A DNA stretch of 45,655 bases from positions 1 through 45,655 of the IMG/VR virus record IMGVR_UViG_3300033067_000519, one strand, 5' to 3'. Below, piece after piece: positions 43,928 to 45,655 of the stretch. The notes under the pieces were generated by a model, which saw only the letters and a list, made by a program, of their open reading frames with translations, made no database searches and was not told the DNA's origin. The stretch's first letter is position 1. Each line of letters starts with the position of its first letter. This DNA comes from a virus. Lineage: Duplodnaviria; Caudoviricetes. A program made the translations under genes and the position numbers.

Positions 43928-45655
43928 TTACTTTGGTTTAAATGCAGCCGTCGGTGGAATAAAGTTTGCAGTATATCTTGCAAAGCCTGTAGTGATTCTG
44001 AAGTCTTGGATGTACCCAGAATAATTGGCCCAAATATCGCCTGAGCCAATAGACAGCGTGTTCAACACTAGATTGTTAGAGTCCGTACTGGTATTTTTAA
44101 GCACGCCGTCGAAGAAAAATCTAAGACTTCCTCCGGTTCGAGTAATAGCAATATGACGCCATACGTTTGGTGTTATTGCTTGCCCAGCATTCGACGGCCA
44201 CGCGGCCCCTGACCCATATGCATAATTACCTTGATACTGAATCATACCCACACCAGCTGTGCCTCCCCAAAGACCTATACTAAATATAAATCTATCTGCG
44301 GAATCTAATGAATACAACCAGAATTCTATAGTGAAAGCACCCGTACCAAATTGGAGCAGAGGAGTCGAAGTCAATGCTAATCTATCGCCAGTACCATCAA
44401 AGTACATACTACTTCCGCCAAACTTGCTAACTGCGGTAGATATCTTTGCATCACCTACAGTTTCTAAATTAAATGTTTGACTAGAATTAATCACTGCACC
44501 ACTAGTACCATTCAACAGTAGTGTAGTGTTTGTTATTGGTGTTGGTGGACGATTTGCCGGTACAAAATTTGAAGTGTATAACGCTATACCTTTTAACACC
44601 CGAACACCTGCAATATATCCAACAAAATGCCTGTCCGGACCGGATCTAGCTCCAATAGTCATTGCAACACCGTTATTGGGCCAAGAAGTAGCAATACCTG
44701 CAGAAAATGCCAAGACCCCATCGCGGTACCCAAATATTGCATTAGACCGCTGAACCACTGCCAAGTGTATCCATGTATTGGCCGTTGCGGATCCTAGACT
44801 GCCAGCAGCCGGATTTCCTATTTGGGCTTGTAGAGTGCCATTTTCATTTTTTATAAACCAATTTGCTACAGTAGTACTATTCATACCCATAATATGAGTC
44901 AATACCGAAGTAGAGCCAGTTATGTATATCCAGCATTCTGCCGTAAAATCTGTTCCGGCAGCCGGAATCATTGCCGCATTATATGGTATAGTTAAATAAT
45001 CGCCTGTACCATCAAAATACATACTGCCACCGTTTACTTGTGGCGTATAATTTTGTTTAGTAGAATAAGACAATATATAGGGCGTAAATGTAGATAGTCT
45101 AGTCCCAGTGCCCGTTACTGTTATTGCATAAGCATTTGCGCTGCCGTCAACTACGGTGGCAGCGTGACACAATAATAGTTGGGTACCCGAGATTGGGGTC
45201 AATGGTGCAGTAGGCGGAGTAAACGTAGAAGTATATACTGCCGATCCTACTACAATTCTAGCATTACTAATATACCCGGTGAAATCATAACTAGTACCAC
45301 CAACAGTCCAACTGCCAACTTGAATTAATGTTGCTGTAGAATCGTATGCAGATGTTCCTGTATTTTCTAGTACCCCGTTTACAAAAACTCTTACTGTAGA
45401 GCCTTGTCTCGAAATGGCACAATGACACCATGCACCTGTTGGGATGTCGCTGGTACTATAGAGAAAGTTTGTGGAGGCAAATTGAGCTCGAAGTTTTTGC
45501 CCTTCAACGGCCATATTCCAGCCGCCGGTGTTAGTCGAACCGCCGGTAATAATATTTTCATCTGCAGATGTACTTGTTCTATAGACCCATGCTTCATATG
45601 TAAAATCCTGTGTTCCTATAGCACTAGTTAGAGTTGCAGACAATGTATTGCCGCC
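43928..45655 (-). CDS. LamG/concanavalin-A repeat fibre protein, 5' end beyond the window
   Basis: Three modules of SMYFDGTGD..L / DFT.E.W / W.H.A..R / GYI...RI; frame open to window edge. Confidence 0.85.
   Translation of the reverse strand, partial: GGNTLSATLTSAIGTQDFTYEAWVYRTSTSADENIITGGSTNTGGWNMAVEGQKLRAQFASTNFLYSTSDIPTGAWCHCAISRQGSTVRVFVNGVLENTGTSAYDSTATLIQVGSWTVGGTSYDFTGYISNARIVVGSAVYTSTFTPPTAPLTPISGTQLLLCHAATVVDGSANAYAITVTGTGTRLSTFTPYILSYSTKQNYTPQVNGGSMYFDGTGDYLTIPYNAAMIPAAGTDFTAECWIYITGSTSVLTHIMGMNSTTVANWFIKNENGTLQAQIGNPAAGSLGSATANTWIHLAVVQRSNAIFGYRDGVLAFSAGIATSWPNNGVAMTIGARSGPDRHFVGYIAGVRVLKGIALYTSNFVPANRPPTPITNTTLLLNGTSGAVINSSQTFNLETVGDAKISTAVSKFGGSSMYFDGTGDRLALTSTPLLQFGTGAFTIEFWLYSLDSADRFIFSIGLWGGTAGVGMIQYQGNYAYGSGAAWPSNAGQAITPNVWRHIAITRTGGSLRFFFDGVLKNTSTDSNNLVLNTLSIGSGDIWANYSGYIQDFRITTGFARYTANFIPPTAAFKPK

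Noticed and set aside
43928-45655. Diversity-generating retroelement target in the fibre gene
   Set aside because: Repeats are diverged protein-level LamG modules; no reverse transcriptase or adenine-specific repeat pair seen in the window
1-45655. Stop-codon reassignment
   Set aside because: Core genes are full length in the standard code, TAA, TGA and TAG all appear as stops, and no suppressor tRNA is present

Overview
A 45.7-kb segment of a large T4-like (contractile-tail) phage genome, standard genetic code, mostly minus-strand. From left to right: small early genes, each block with a near-consensus sigma70 promoter; a TROVE/vWA (DUF2828-type, Ro60-related) gene preceded by a ~440-nt leader containing three tandem structured RNA-like elements; a glycosyltransferase/methyltransferase cluster; a nine-gene acyl-tailoring cluster (acyl carrier protein, membrane desaturase, PP-loop ATPase, two clear and one possible GNAT, SAM methyltransferase, 2OG-Fe(II)-type oxygenase); three tRNAs (Thr-UGU, Leu-UAA, CAU probably Ile2); a small plus-strand operon with a PhaR-like box and a GNAT; uvsY-uvsX-gp32; terminase; putative head-internal proteins sharing short motifs; tail tube and a long tail sheath; dNMP kinase; neck/tail-completion genes; a NUDIX hydrolase; a four-domain glycosyltransferase-FkbM fusion; and a LamG-repeat fibre gene running off the right end. 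Late genes are marked by a (A)TAAATA motif. The strongest candidates for undescribed systems are the RNA array paired with the Ro60-like gene and the late-expressed ACP/desaturase/GNAT cluster. All product calls come from reading motifs by eye, not from database searches.
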